Positions 1-9,852 of a stretch of 60,281 bases of DNA are shown here, piece after piece. A program made the translations under genes and the position numbers. The notes beneath the pieces are model-generated. The model did no database searches and was not told where the DNA came from. It saw only the letters and a program-made list of their open reading frames with translations. This DNA is from an uncultured Bacteroidales bacterium (GTDB lineage: Bacteria; Bacteroidota; Bacteroidia; Bacteroidales; UBA12077): contig CAZSIC010000006.1 in assembly GCA_964606845.1 (NCBI GenBank), forward strand, positions 1 to 60,281. The letters run 5' to 3'. Position 1 is the stretch's first letter. Every line of letters starts with the position of its first letter.

Positions 1-108
1 AATATGTTAGAATACCAAAAAAATATTGATTTATTGAGTTTTAATAAAATTAGATATACTTTATAAATAATATGGAATAGTGATTGCAGAATCTTATAAA
101 AATAAAAA

Positions 109-455
109 CAGCAGGCCTGTAAGCCAGGTTCTGTTTCCTCAACAGCCAAAAGACTAAAGAGGATTTTCATCATTTATCTGAGCGGCCTACCCCCCGGCAT
201 CGGACGAGCAGCCCTTAATTGCCGGTATACGTGGCCTTGCAACCCAAAAGACAGGCAGCACCGGAAATTGCTTCCCGGCCTGGTGGGCTCTTACCCCACC
301 TTCTCACCCTTGCCCCGACGGTAAACGTCAGGACGGTTATTTTCTTCCCTGTTACTATACCCTCACGGGTATCTCTCTTTCGAGAGTTTGGTGCTCTGTG
401 TTGCCCGGACTTTCCTTCCTGACTTTAACAGTCAGAACGATGAAACGGCCTGCTG
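109..455 (-). ncRNA. rnpB: RNase P RNA (bacterial, probably type A)
   Basis: Minus strand reads CAGCAGGCC...GGAAAGTCCGGGCAACACAGAGC...AACAGAACCTGGCTTACAGGCCTGCTG, i.e. both conserved P4 strands plus a self-complementary P1 (CAGCAGGCC/GGCCTGCTG). Confidence 0.96.
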
Positions 456-460
456 ATTTG

Positions 461-468
461 CAAATTTA
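461..468 (-). promoter_or_regulatory. Bacteroidetes -7 promoter box for rnpB
   Basis: TAAATTTG (TAnnTTTG consensus) 5 nt upstream of the RNA 5' end. Confidence 0.7.
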
Positions 469-502
469 ATGAATTTTACGGTTGAAATCCATTCAATCTC
501 AT

Positions 503-1555
503 TTACTTTATCATGACTAAAGTAGCCCCATACCCATATTCTTTAAAAGAAGCATCCTGGTAGCGTAATTTTGGGTATTTGCGGTCTAATGTTTTCAGAA
601 TTTCGTGTTTTAATCTTCCGTTTCCTACGCCATGAATAAAAACAATTCTACGTGTTCCGGATAAAATAGCTCCTTCAAGAGCTGTAGTGAACCGGCTCAT
701 TTGTATTTCTAAAATTTCGGCATTGGAAAGATTTGAATAATCATCTGTTAGCTCCTGAATGTGAAGATCAACTTCTTCAATTTCTTCATCTTTGCCTTTT
801 TTACTACTTTGATAAACTTTTTTTGGCTCTTTTCGTTCTTTCTCTTTCTTTGCTTTTTCAATGTCATCGTCGGAAATATGATCGGCAATATTTATTTCCT
901 CTTTAGTAATTTCATAAATAAAAGCCTTTTCGTGAAAAAAGTCATTTTCGGTAAAACTTTTTTCCTTGTAAAACCTTGAAGGCTTAAAGTTCCATGATTT
1001 ATTTATCGGATTAAGCAAATAGTAATTCCCTTTTCTGAAAAATATAATTTGAAAGCTGATTTCTTCATAATTATTTAGTTCATCACGCTTAATATCAGCT
1101 AGTTGTATTTTTGTGTTATCTTCAAGGTTTCCGTAAGCCATCAGGCTTTGAAATTCACCTTCAGCACGAGAAATTGAATATAAAATCCTGAAATTACTAT
1201 CATTAATTAAATAAATTTCCAAATCTGAGTTTAGAATATCATCCTGATTTTTGGGCACTAAGGAAAAAAATACATTGGCATTGCGATCGGTATTTAACCC
1301 GTCTTCGTCAATATCATCACTATCGTCTTTTATTTCAGGTGTTTGAGAAGAATGGAGTTCTTCATTTATTTCTGAACCTTGATTGTCATCAAAAATATAT
1401 TCGTTTTCAATTTTTAATAATTCGCTCATTAATACAGGCACCTCAAAACCATCGCTGTTAAGGATAATAGCAATATTTTTATCCTGAAAACGGACAATTA
1501 CTCCTTCTCCCACATCATTTAAAAACTTTACCTTATCTCCTTTTCTGAAATTCAT
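503..1555 (-). CDS. DUF2027 / Smr (MutS2 C-terminal-like) domain protein
   Basis: N-terminal GDKVKFLNDVGEG, central YLINDSN, C-terminal Smr motifs VDLHI...IVFIHGVGNGRLK...GYGAT. Confidence 0.85.
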   Translation of the reverse strand: MNFRKGDKVKFLNDVGEGVIVRFQDKNIAIILNSDGFEVPVLMSELLKIENEYIFDDNQGSEINEELHSSQTPEIKDDSDDIDEDGLNTDRNANVFFSLVPKNQDDILNSDLEIYLINDSNFRILYSISRAEGEFQSLMAYGNLEDNTKIQLADIKRDELNNYEEISFQIIFFRKGNYYLLNPINKSWNFKPSRFYKEKSFTENDFFHEKAFIYEITKEEINIADHISDDDIEKAKKEKERKEPKKVYQSSKKGKDEEIEEVDLHIQELTDDYSNLSNAEILEIQMSRFTTALEGAILSGTRRIVFIHGVGNGRLKHEILKTLDRKYPKLRYQDASFKEYGYGATLVMIK

Positions 1556-1634
1556 TTTTATGTAATTTTTTATTAAGTACCTGGTTTATTTTTTTGAACT
1601 ACTGAATAAATTGTACCAGCTTTATTTTTGGTTA

Positions 1635-1652
1635 CAAAATTAGTTAATTTTG
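1635..1652. promoter_or_regulatory. Back-to-back divergent -7 promoter boxes (queA and Smr gene)
   Basis: CAAAATTA-GT-TAATTTTG gives TAATTTTG on each strand between divergent genes. Confidence 0.55.
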
Positions 1653-1672
1653 CGCATTGAAAAAGAAAAGCA

Positions 1673-2881
1673 ATGGATATAAAAATAGAAAATACAAGAA
1701 TTGACCAGTATACCTATGAACTGCCTGACTCAAGAATTGCAAAATATCCGCTTGAGCAAAGAGATTTATCCAAACTACTGGTTTATAATAAGGGAAATAT
1801 TGAACACAATACTTTTTTAAATCTTGACCGGTATATTTCTGAAAAAGATACAATGGTTTTTAACAATACCAAAGTAATTCAGGCCCGGTTAAATTTTTAT
1901 AAAAATACAGGCGCTAAGATAGAGATTTTTTGTTTAGAGCCGGTTGAACCTTCCGACTATGTATTTGCTTTTCAACAAACCCAAAGAGTAACCTGGAAAT
2001 GTATTGTTGGTAATGCCAAAAAATGGAAGAATGATATTTTAAAGCAAAAAGTAGTTGTTAATAGTACAGAAGTTGAATTAATTGCCAAAAAATTAAATAA
2101 CATTGGCAATACAAGGGATATTGAATTTTCATGGAATAATCCTGAGATTTCATTCAGTGAAATCATTGACCATATTGGAAAAACTCCTATTCCACCATAT
2201 CTAAATCGCGATTCGGAGAATATTGATAAAGACCGGTATCAAACGGTTTATTCCAAATTAAAAGGTTCGGTTGCTGCTCCTACTGCCGGATTACATTTTA
2301 CAGACTATGTTTTTGATCAACTAAAAACCAAAAAAGTAAATATTGAAGAAATTACACTTCATGTGGGAGCCGGTACTTTTACACCGGTAAAAACAGAAAC
2401 AATCAATCATCATGAAATGCATACCGAACATTTTATGATCAATAAATCAACCCTAATTAATTTATTAAATACTAAACATATTACAGTGGTTGGAACTACT
2501 TCAGCACGAACACTTGAAAGCATTTACTGGCTGGGTGTTAAATTAGTCAAAAACGGTACTTTAAATTTAAAACTGCATCAATGGGAGGTTTACGAATTAC
2601 CAAGAGATATTACAAAACAACAATCGATTGAAGCTTTATTAAATTACATGCAAAAAAATCATTTGGAAACTTTACATGCGGCTACTCAAATTATGATTGT
2701 TCCCGGTTATATATTTAAAATGACAGATGTTTTGATAACCAATTTTCACCAACCCAAAAGCACCTTATTATTGCTTATTGCTGCATTTATTGGTAATGAC
2801 TGGAAAAGAGTTTATGAGTATGCTTTAAAGAATGATTTCCGGTTTTTAAGTTATGGCGATAGTTCAATTTTAATTCCTTAA
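1673..2881 (+). CDS. queA: S-adenosylmethionine:tRNA ribosyltransferase-isomerase
   Basis: Motifs VFNNTKVIQARL, PIPPYL, RYQTVY, GSVAAPTAGLHF, TLHVGAGTF, TNFHQPKSTL, FLSYGD. Confidence 0.96.
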   Translation: MDIKIENTRIDQYTYELPDSRIAKYPLEQRDLSKLLVYNKGNIEHNTFLNLDRYISEKDTMVFNNTKVIQARLNFYKNTGAKIEIFCLEPVEPSDYVFAFQQTQRVTWKCIVGNAKKWKNDILKQKVVVNSTEVELIAKKLNNIGNTRDIEFSWNNPEISFSEIIDHIGKTPIPPYLNRDSENIDKDRYQTVYSKLKGSVAAPTAGLHFTDYVFDQLKTKKVNIEEITLHVGAGTFTPVKTETINHHEMHTEHFMINKSTLINLLNTKHITVVGTTSARTLESIYWLGVKLVKNGTLNLKLHQWEVYELPRDITKQQSIEALLNYMQKNHLETLHAATQIMIVPGYIFKMTDVLITNFHQPKSTLLLLIAAFIGNDWKRVYEYALKNDFRFLSYGDSSILIP

Positions 2882-2995
2882 ACTCACTTACGAATAAATT
2901 TAAAATGTAATGAATTTAAGGTAATTCTCAAGTAGTTTAAGTTTTTACAATTAATAGAAATCAACCATTTTGTTTTACCTTTGTTAAAACAATCC

Positions 2996-4873
2996 ATGCT
3001 AGAAAATAAAACTCCATATAAACTTAATGACTGGTTACCTACAACCAAAAAAGAAGTAAAAGCACGAAGCTGGGAACAGCTGGATGTTATTCTTTTTAGT
3101 GGAGATGCTTATATCGATCATCCATCGTTTGGACCTGCTGTAATTGGGCGTTTATTAGAATCTTTGGGTTTAAAGGTTGCCATTGTTCCACAACCCAACT
3201 GGCAAGACGATTTGCGTGATTTTAAAAAATTAGGTATTCCACGCTTGTTTTTTGCAATAACAGCCGGATGTATGGATTCCATGGTCAATCATTATACAGC
3301 GAACAAGCGGCTCAGATCAAACGACGCTTATACGCCCGGTGGTAAAGCAGGATTCAGGCCTGATTATGCCACCATTGTTTATTCAAATATTTTAAAAAAG
3401 CTTTTCCCGGAAACTCCGGTTGTGCTTGGAGGTGTTGAAGCATCCCTGCGTCGTTTAACTCATTACGATTTCTGGTCGGATAAACTTAAACCTGGTATTT
3501 TACACGACAGTAAAGCCGACCTTCTCATTTACGGAATGGGTGAAAAACCCTTAAGTGAGCTGGTTCATTTGCTAGTAAAAGGCGTTCCTTTTTCTTCGAT
3601 CAAAAATATTAAACAAACTGCATATATTTCTGATGAAATTGATACTGCAAAAAATAGCGAATGGGAAGATTTTCAATTATATACTCATGAAGAATGTTCT
3701 GCTGATAAAATAAAATATGTCAGTAATTTTAAAGTAATTGAGCAGGAATCCAATGCATATCAGAGCAATAAGCGATTAATTCAAAAATTAGATAACCATT
3801 ATATCATCGTAAATCCACCTTTCGATATTTTATCGGAAAAGGAAATGGATGCTATTTACGATTTACCTTTTACCCGGCTACCCCATCCTAAATATGCAAA
3901 AAAAGAGCCTATTCCTGCTTACGAAATGATTCGCCATTCCATAACTTTACACCGTGGTTGTTTTGGCGCTTGCTCATTTTGTACCATTTCTGCTCATCAG
4001 GGTAAATTTATTAGCAGCCGGTCGGAAAAATCAATAAGCAAAGAAATTGATGATGTAACACACATGCCTGATTTTAAAGGTTATATTTCTGATTTAGGAG
4101 GTCCTTCAGCCAATATGTATAAAATGCAGGGAGTTGATTTGGAGCAGTGCAAAAAATGTAAACGCGCTTCCTGCCTGCATCCTAATATTTGTAAAAATTT
4201 AAATACAAACCCAAAATCATTAACTGAGATATACAAAAAAGCACATAAACACCCAAAAGTAAAGAAAGCATTTGTTGGAAGTGGTATCCGTTACGATTTA
4301 TTCATGAATAAATTAAACGAGCCGGATTATAACGAGTACGCTGAAAAGTTAATACAAAATCATATTTCGGGCAGGTTAAAAGTAGCACCTGAGCATACCT
4401 CCTCAGCTGTTTTAAATACTATGAGGAAACCTGATTTTTCGATGTTTTATGCGTTTAAAAAAGTATTTGACAGAGTGAATCAAAAATATGGTTTAAACCA
4501 ACAATTGATTCCTTATTTTATTTCCAGTCACCCGGGATGCACCAATATTCATATGGCCGAACTGGCCGTTGAAACAAAAATGTTAGATTTTAAATTAGAA
4601 CAGATTCAGGACTTTACTCCCACGCCAATGACATTAGCAACAGCCATGTATTATTCCGGAATTAATCCCTATACCATGGAAAAAGTTCCTGTTGCCCGCA
4701 AAAAGGAAGAAAAACTTTCGCAACGCAAATTCTTTTTCTGGTACAAAAATGAATTCAGGAACGAGATAATATCGGAATTACAAAGATCGAACCGGCAGGA
4801 TTTAATCGAAAACCTCTTTGGAAAATCAATGGCAAAAAAGAATATAAAATCAAAGAAGCGAAGGAGAAAATAA
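2996..4873 (+). CDS. YgiQ/UPF0313 family radical SAM protein
   Basis: GDAYIDHPSFG, MDSMVNHYT, CxxxCxxC (CFGACSFC), DLGGPSANMY, KVAPEH. ATG 2996 preferred because TACCTTTG (2976-2983) overlaps the TTG at 2981. Confidence 0.92.
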   Translation: MLENKTPYKLNDWLPTTKKEVKARSWEQLDVILFSGDAYIDHPSFGPAVIGRLLESLGLKVAIVPQPNWQDDLRDFKKLGIPRLFFAITAGCMDSMVNHYTANKRLRSNDAYTPGGKAGFRPDYATIVYSNILKKLFPETPVVLGGVEASLRRLTHYDFWSDKLKPGILHDSKADLLIYGMGEKPLSELVHLLVKGVPFSSIKNIKQTAYISDEIDTAKNSEWEDFQLYTHEECSADKIKYVSNFKVIEQESNAYQSNKRLIQKLDNHYIIVNPPFDILSEKEMDAIYDLPFTRLPHPKYAKKEPIPAYEMIRHSITLHRGCFGACSFCTISAHQGKFISSRSEKSISKEIDDVTHMPDFKGYISDLGGPSANMYKMQGVDLEQCKKCKRASCLHPNICKNLNTNPKSLTEIYKKAHKHPKVKKAFVGSGIRYDLFMNKLNEPDYNEYAEKLIQNHISGRLKVAPEHTSSAVLNTMRKPDFSMFYAFKKVFDRVNQKYGLNQQLIPYFISSHPGCTNIHMAELAVETKMLDFKLEQIQDFTPTPMTLATAMYYSGINPYTMEKVPVARKKEEKLSQRKFFFWYKNEFRNEIISELQRSNRQDLIENLFGKSMAKKNIKSKKRRRK

Positions 4874-4987
4874 GCTGTAAAGAATAGATCGCTGATTCAG
4901 TAAATTGAACTCGCCTATTATGGCCGCTAGCAGAAGTATGCAGTCAGATAAGCTAATCTGCCAACTTGTAATTTTTTTAAGAAATAG

Positions 4988-5153
4988 CTAGTGTCATGTC
5001 AACGCTATTTTAGTCAGCCCAAGTCTTGTTCTTTTTCCTCAGCTCGGCAAAATAAATTCTTTACGTAGCTTCGGCTATGTGCAGAATTTCTTTTTTGATC
5101 TGAGAAAAAATTATTGCGACTTAACCGACACAATAGCATTGACACGACACTAG
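4988..5153. mobile_element. 166-bp MITE-like palindromic element, copy 1
   Basis: CTAG at both ends; 22-bp imperfect terminal inverted repeats (CTAGTGTCATGTCAACGCTATT / AATAGCATTGACACGACACTAG); near-identical inverted copy at 26668-26833. Confidence 0.85.
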
Positions 5154-5277
5154 CAGCTCAGTGAACAATAAAATGAGCGTTAGATCAGCAATAATATAAT
5201 AGTTAAAGCTAAAATAAGAAGAAGTATTTATCTAATGAATCGGCTTACTTTACTTTATCTATCAAAATATTTTTTAG

Positions 5278-6684
5278 TTAAAAATAGCTACTACCATCCC
5301 AGCAATGGGTACAAAGCTTTTCTTTAGGCAAGCCAATATTCTCCACCAAATCATCCAGCTTTTGGAATTTTAAGGAAGTTACGCCCATATTTTTTCTGAT
5401 CTGCTCCACCATCAGTTCATATTTACCATTTTTAGTATCTGAATATTCCCTCATATCAACATTTTCTTTGCCCTCTATTTGTTTTACTGCCTTGTGGGTA
5501 GCTAAATCCATATTAGAGCGAGAACGGCTAAAATTTAAAAATTCGCATGGAAAAGTTAATGGAGGGCAAGCAATGCGAACATGAGCTTCATCTATTCCTG
5601 CTTCATATAAATCCTTTACATTGTCTTTAAGCTGTGTCCCACGGACAATTGAATCATCTAAAAAAACACCTTTTTTACCTTTGGTTAATGCTTTGTTTGG
5701 AATCAATTTCATTTTGGCAACCAGTTCCCGAGTATTCTGACTTTGCGGCATAAAACTGCGAGGCCAGGTAGGTGTATATTTTGAATAAGGCCGTTTTAGC
5801 GGTATTTTTTGTTGGTTGCTATAACCCATAGCATGTCCAACTCCGGAATCAGGAATGCCAGCCACAAAATCAATCTTTAAGTTGTCTCTTTTGGCTAAAG
5901 AGGCACCACATCTGTATCTTACTTCATCTACATTAATATTTTCGTAAAATGATGGTGGATAACCATAATAAACCCAAAGAAACGAACAGATTTGCATTTT
6001 TTCTTCAGGCTTTTTAAGTTGTGTGTGTCCATCAGCAGTTATTTCAACAATTTCGCCCGGGCCTATAAATTTTTCAGTTTCAAAGCCTAAATTTGGGAAA
6101 GCACAGGTTTCAAAGCTGGCAGCATAGGCTCTTTCTTTTTTACCAATAATGATGGGTGTTCTTCCCAATTTATCGCGTGCTGCTATAATACTATTCTCAG
6201 TTAGAATAAGCATCGAACACGAACCTTTAATTTTATCGTAAACATTTTGAATACCGGAAACAAAATCGTCTCCGTCGGCAATTAGCATCGATACAATTTC
6301 GGTAGGATTGATGAATCTCTGGCTGTTTTCGGTAAAAGTACGGTGATTCTTCGTATATTCTTTTTCCAACTCATCGATATTCACAATTTTACTAACAGAT
6401 GCCACTGCAAATTTTCCCAAATGTGAGGTAACCACAATGGGTTGTGCTTCGGTATCGCTTATTACTCCTATTCCTAATTTGCCTGTAAATTTAGATAAAT
6501 TACTTTCGAACTTATTTCTAAAATACCCATCTTCAAGGCTATGAATTGAACGCTGAAAGTCTTTTTCGGGCGAATAAAAAGCCATACCGGCTCGTTTGGT
6601 GCCTAAATGTGAATGATAATCTGTTCCGTAAAAAACATCTGCTACACAATCTGTTTTTGAAATACTGCCAAAAAAGCCACTCAT
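5278..6684 (-). CDS. purF: Amidophosphoribosyltransferase-like protein (lacks N-terminal Cys)
   Basis: ARDKLGRTP, CSFLWVYYGYP, GIPDSG, PRPP-binding LDDSIVRGT, LCTHCW; begins MSGFFG rather than MCG. Confidence 0.85.
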   Translation of the reverse strand: MSGFFGSISKTDCVADVFYGTDYHSHLGTKRAGMAFYSPEKDFQRSIHSLEDGYFRNKFESNLSKFTGKLGIGVISDTEAQPIVVTSHLGKFAVASVSKIVNIDELEKEYTKNHRTFTENSQRFINPTEIVSMLIADGDDFVSGIQNVYDKIKGSCSMLILTENSIIAARDKLGRTPIIIGKKERAYAASFETCAFPNLGFETEKFIGPGEIVEITADGHTQLKKPEEKMQICSFLWVYYGYPPSFYENINVDEVRYRCGASLAKRDNLKIDFVAGIPDSGVGHAMGYSNQQKIPLKRPYSKYTPTWPRSFMPQSQNTRELVAKMKLIPNKALTKGKKGVFLDDSIVRGTQLKDNVKDLYEAGIDEAHVRIACPPLTFPCEFLNFSRSRSNMDLATHKAVKQIEGKENVDMREYSDTKNGKYELMVEQIRKNMGVTSLKFQKLDDLVENIGLPKEKLCTHCWDGSSYF

Positions 6685-6841
6685 TGGATAATTTTTTTAA
6701 TTATAATTTTATGAGGCCAAAAGTATTAGTTTTTATACGATTTAGAAAATTTAGTTAATAAAAGCAATATTTTTGTTGATATTTTCTTTTGTGGTTTATT
6801 TTTGAGTGGGTAATTGGAATTTATTACTAAATATGCTCTAG

Positions 6842-6916
6842 TATTGAGGCGATGACTCCAAGTCATCGCCTCAATATATGTAGACTTAAATCTTACTTAG
6901 AGTCATCGCCTCAATA
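6842..6916. repeat. REP-like perfect 16-bp hairpin plus partial second copy
   Basis: TATTGAGGCGATGACT-CCA-AGTCATCGCCTCAATA (6842-6876); right arm repeated at 6901-6916. Confidence 0.75.
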
Positions 6917-6929
6917 AGAAATAGTCATA

Positions 6930-7967
6930 CTAACGACTTAATTTACTTTTTATCAACTCAACAAACCTTAAAATATCTTCTTCTTTGGTATCAAACGAAC
7001 ACATCCAGCGTACTTCATTATTCGTTTCATCCCAATCGTAAAAGAAATATTCCTTTTTTAAATCTTCAGTTATTTCTTTCGGAATACTTGCAAATACACC
7101 ATTGGCTTCTACTTTTTGTGTAATGTTAATTTGAGGAATTTCTTTTACTTTGGATGCCAATAATTGAGCCATCTCGTTTGCATATTTAGCAGTGTCATAC
7201 CATAAATTATCCTTCAAGTATCTTTCAAATTGTGCAGCAATAAAACGCATTTTTGATGCCAGTTGCATTCCTTGTTTTCTTACATATTTAAAATCCTCTC
7301 CAAGTGTTTTATTTAGAAAAATTATAGCTTCGCCGTACATCATGCCGTTTTTGGTTCCTCCAAAAGATAAAATATCAACTCCGGCATCTTTGGTAAACTC
7401 CTTGAATCCTGAATTTAAAGATACAGCAGCGTTAGCTATTCGTGCACCATCCATATGCAAATACATTTTGTTTTGATGTGCATAATCAGCTAATATTTTA
7501 ATTTCATCGGTTGTATAAACAGTTCCTAACTCGGTAGTTTGTGAAATGGATATAACTTTTGGCTGTGAATGATGCTCGAAATCAAAACCTTTCATATGTT
7601 TTTGAATAGCATCAACTGTAAGTTTGCCATCAGTTGTTTCTACGGTTAGAAGCTTAAATCCATTGAATTTTTCCGGTGCTCCGCATTCGTCTTCATTAAT
7701 ATGGGCCGTTTCGGCACAAATAACGGAGTTCCATGAGCGTGTAGCTGCATTCAATCCCAATACATTTGCTGCAGTTCCAATAAAGACAAAATAAATATCT
7801 ATATCACTCCCAAAATGCTCATATAATTTTTCTTTTGCACTTGCAGTATAATGATCATCTCCGTAAGCAATTGTATGCCCTTCATTGGCTTCAATTATGG
7901 CTTTCATTATTTCAGGATGCACTCCGGAGTTATTATCGCTGGCAAAGCCGCGTTTGTTTTTAGTCAT
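6930..7967 (-). CDS. Low-specificity L-threonine aldolase family (PLP)
   Basis: FASDNNSG, GTAAN, HINEDECGAPE, HMDGARIANA, SFGGTKNG. Start moved to ATG 7967 (MTKNKRGFASD). Confidence 0.9.
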   Translation of the reverse strand: MTKNKRGFASDNNSGVHPEIMKAIIEANEGHTIAYGDDHYTASAKEKLYEHFGSDIDIYFVFIGTAANVLGLNAATRSWNSVICAETAHINEDECGAPEKFNGFKLLTVETTDGKLTVDAIQKHMKGFDFEHHSQPKVISISQTTELGTVYTTDEIKILADYAHQNKMYLHMDGARIANAAVSLNSGFKEFTKDAGVDILSFGGTKNGMMYGEAIIFLNKTLGEDFKYVRKQGMQLASKMRFIAAQFERYLKDNLWYDTAKYANEMAQLLASKVKEIPQINITQKVEANGVFASIPKEITEDLKKEYFFYDWDETNNEVRWMCSFDTKEEDILRFVELIKSKLSR

Positions 7968-7992
7968 CTTTATAAATTTATGGAAGAAGAAC

Positions 7993-8019
7993 GTCATACT
8001 GAGCCTGACGAAGTATGAC
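7993..8019. repeat. REP-like 27-bp hairpin, copy 1
   Basis: GTCATACT-GAGCCTGACGA-AGTATGAC; related copy at 55222-55248. Confidence 0.7.
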
Positions 8020-8034
8020 ATTCTAATTCAATTA

Positions 8035-9666
8035 TTAAAATTTCTCATCATATTTTGTCCAAAGAAAATCTCCCAGTTTCCATGCTTCATCAACGACTTT
8101 ATTTGCCCAGTCGTTTGAATATTTGTTTAAATAATTGATGGTTTTTTTCGGATTCTTTTCTTTATAAAGTTTAAGGGCTTCTTCTTCAATTTTTGTTTGA
8201 TTTTCGAACAATTCAGTTTGCATTGGGTTCCAAACAGCATCAACATCGTTACGCATATCGCCCCATCGTTGAGCAGCTAGTGTTCCCATGCGGTTAAATG
8301 CCCACCAGGCTGATTCTCTTGTAAAACCATTTACTCGTCCGGGTATTTTATATGATTCAGGCAAATCTGTTACACTGCAATAAACAGGAACATAAATTGA
8401 AGTGGCAACATTATCCTGAGCTAACCAAACCACACCGCCAATTTCGTCGGGTAGCCAATTACGGCACTGAATAATGGTTGCATACATGGTGTACCAACGG
8501 GCAATGGTACGTTCGCCTAAAAATCTAATATCACCAGATTCTTCATCAACACTATACCATCCACCGCTTACATTTGAAATTTCCAATTGGTCGTAAGGCA
8601 TAAAAGGATTTGCAAGTGGTGAAATAATTGTTTTGCCATTTTCGTCGGTAGCTTTGATATTTCTGGTCATATCATAAGGTGTACCTTCGTAATAATCTTT
8701 AAATACCATTACCAAATCATCTAAAGTAACTTTTTGGTCTGGTTTTACCGAAAAGGGATAATCCTGAGCATTTGGATCTAAATTTAAGGATGGTGCCAAT
8801 AAATCAAATATCCTCCATTCTCTTCTGCGTGAGCCGATTGCATTTCTGCTTTCGGGAGCATAAGCATAACAGAAACGGAAAGTTTCATCCTCGTTCCACC
8901 AGCCATTTTCTTTGGCTACATCGTAAATATTTTCAGAAGCCATAAAATAATCAGGATCAGAAAGGTCTATTTCTTTGATAGTGCTTGCATTAACATTCAT
9001 AGAAATATGATCATCAGGAACACGTTGAGCAACCCAAACAGCACCCACTTTTCCTTTTCCTGGCCCTACAATTTCGAAGTGCCATACTTCATTTGGATCG
9101 GCAATGGTTAAACATTCGCCATAATCATTCCAACCATATTTTTTGGTTAATTCATCAGCCATTTGTATTGCCTGTCGTGCAGTTGTACATCTTTCAACCA
9201 TTAATTGACAAAGACGCTGGCAATCAATTAAGCCTTCGTCTGACTGAAGCTCTTCTCTCCCACCAAAAGTGGATTCACCGATTCCTAGTTGCTTTTCATT
9301 CATACTAGGATATGCAGAATTAATATATTGATAAGTTTGCTCTACTTGTGGAATTTCACCAATTTTTTCGTGTTTGTAGGCAGGCATTGCTTTGGTATCA
9401 TCGGCACTACGTTTATACATAGGAACCATTTCGCCTGGTTTATGGTCTTTTGCTGGTTGAATATCCATCCATGAACGGGTTCTGTGGCTATCATCTGTAT
9501 GAGATGTGATTACTGAACCATCAGCAGAAGCTGCTTTGCCAACAGTTATAGATGTACACCCCTCGGGATGCCCACCTTCCCAGTCACTTTTATCCTGGGC
9601 AACTGAAATGTTAATCATTAAACTTGATAATAATACAACAGTTGAGATTTTGCCTAATTTTTTCAT
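8035..9666 (-). CDS. Secreted C69 family dipeptidase
   Basis: Signal peptide, then CTSITVGKAASADGS (Ntn Cys), MNEKQLGIGESTF, IADPNEVW, SAWWAFN. Confidence 0.9.
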   Translation of the reverse strand: MKKLGKISTVVLLSSLMINISVAQDKSDWEGGHPEGCTSITVGKAASADGSVITSHTDDSHRTRSWMDIQPAKDHKPGEMVPMYKRSADDTKAMPAYKHEKIGEIPQVEQTYQYINSAYPSMNEKQLGIGESTFGGREELQSDEGLIDCQRLCQLMVERCTTARQAIQMADELTKKYGWNDYGECLTIADPNEVWHFEIVGPGKGKVGAVWVAQRVPDDHISMNVNASTIKEIDLSDPDYFMASENIYDVAKENGWWNEDETFRFCYAYAPESRNAIGSRRREWRIFDLLAPSLNLDPNAQDYPFSVKPDQKVTLDDLVMVFKDYYEGTPYDMTRNIKATDENGKTIISPLANPFMPYDQLEISNVSGGWYSVDEESGDIRFLGERTIARWYTMYATIIQCRNWLPDEIGGVVWLAQDNVATSIYVPVYCSVTDLPESYKIPGRVNGFTRESAWWAFNRMGTLAAQRWGDMRNDVDAVWNPMQTELFENQTKIEEEALKLYKEKNPKKTINYLNKYSNDWANKVVDEAWKLGDFLWTKYDEKF

Positions 9667-9852
9667 TTTTTTGTCATTTTATTGTTTTAGCCGACCAATT
9701 TAATAAAAATCCTATAGAAATAAATTCTCTGATTTATTATTCTTTTAGATAAATAATCTTAATTAGGGTTTATTCGTTCGAAATGTTGATAAAATGGTGC
9801 TTGAAGATTTTGGAACAAACATTAATTTTGTATATTTGATCTAAATCTATTA

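Noticed and set aside
219-422. 67-aa ORF on the + strand
   Set aside because: Antisense to and entirely within the RNase P RNA.
4886-5243. Weak outer inverted repeat (GCTGATTCAGTAAAT versus the reverse complement of ATCTAATGAATCGGC) around MITE copy 1
   Set aside because: Only 12/15 match and no second copy in the window; too weak to call a nested element.
7968-8021. N-terminal extension of the threonine aldolase ORF
   Set aside because: Runs through the REP-like hairpin; family similarity starts at 7967.
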